A stretch of 60,776 nt of DNA, the filler included, from Hausera hauseri (lineage: Eukaryota): NCBI GenBank assembly GCA_046269625.1. It is 11 parts of 11 records of this genome, joined end to end, with 100 filler letters (N's around TTAATTAATTAA, not from the genome) between each part and the next. Parts side by side here need not be neighbours in the genome. Positions count along the whole stretch, not along the records: positions 54,005 to 60,776 come from JBJURY010066884.1; 10 more parts are not named here. One strand, written 5' to 3'. Positions 60,234 through 60,776 of the stretch are shown here, one piece after another. Under the pieces are notes generated by a model. It saw only the letters and a program-made list of their open reading frames with translations, was not told where the DNA came from and did not search any database. The translations under genes and the position numbers were made by a program. How positions within the stretch are numbered: the first letter of the stretch is position 1; each line of letters starts with the position of its first letter.

Positions 60234-60776
60234 AAATGACTGATATTAAAAGGACAAATGACTGAAATTAAAAGGACATCACACTTTAAAAATTGTCAAT
60301 CTAATGACAATCCTTGGTGATAATCCTCTTTTGAATTATTTATGCTCACATTAACAATCCTTTTACTTAGTTATGTTGACACTTCTATTATTACAGTTGA
60401 TTATGTATATTTTGTTTATTATGCTGATTTTGGGGATTGTTCATGTCAATTATGTAAAGATTTGCTATGTTATGTATCAGTATAAATACTGTAACCATTT
60501 TCACTCTAATCAGAACTTTTTGACATCTGCTGTCTATTCACGACGCATTGCAATTTATTCTGTGACGTGAGTATTATTATTGTTGTCATATTACGTACTG
60601 TATTATTGTTATCGCATTTTATGTTTCTTTTTTTTAATATATTTCACATTTTTGTTTAACGAATTGTTTGTTGATTTAATCCAAGTAACTTAAATAACTA
60701 AGTAAAAACGAACTAACTTGGAAACTCAGCCGTCTAGATCAAACCTACTTACGGCAGCCTATCTAAAACTTAAGTA

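Overview
AT-rich eukaryotic (animal-like) DNA made of 11 contigs joined by artificial 100-nt N44-TTAATTAATTAA-N44 spacers, so adjacency across spacers is not biological. The window is dominated by mobile elements. The main discovery is two divergent copies (4114-10119 and ~23890-30417, both minus strand) of an unusual Ty3/Gypsy-type retroelement. Its order is Gag(3x CCHC) - helical region - ubiquitin-like domain - AT-hook-like motif - Bcl-2-like domain - chuvirus-like (class III, gB-type) glycoprotein - aspartic protease - dUTPase-like spacer - RT. Env therefore lies between gag and pol and is fused in frame to the protease. The Gag core is visible only in the second copy and the RT start only in the first. 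Other elements: (1) a near-intact Gypsy with a conventional F-type env and 3' LTR (34799-40253); (2) three copies of another Gypsy family whose Gag starts with a 77-aa ubiquitin-like domain ending in RGG and which uses an A-AAA-AAC -1 frameshift; (3) two Polinton/adintovirus-type pPolB fragments, one next to an IAP-type RING gene; (4) a decayed Tigger/pogo transposon; (5) RTE-type LINE fragments; (6) a 7-kb (TTCN)n array. Host-derived sequence includes a large coiled-coil host exon, a chimeric RPB1/alanyl-tRNA-synthetase pseudogene and a dynein heavy chain fragment. All domain calls are by eye from translated motifs; no database searches were run.
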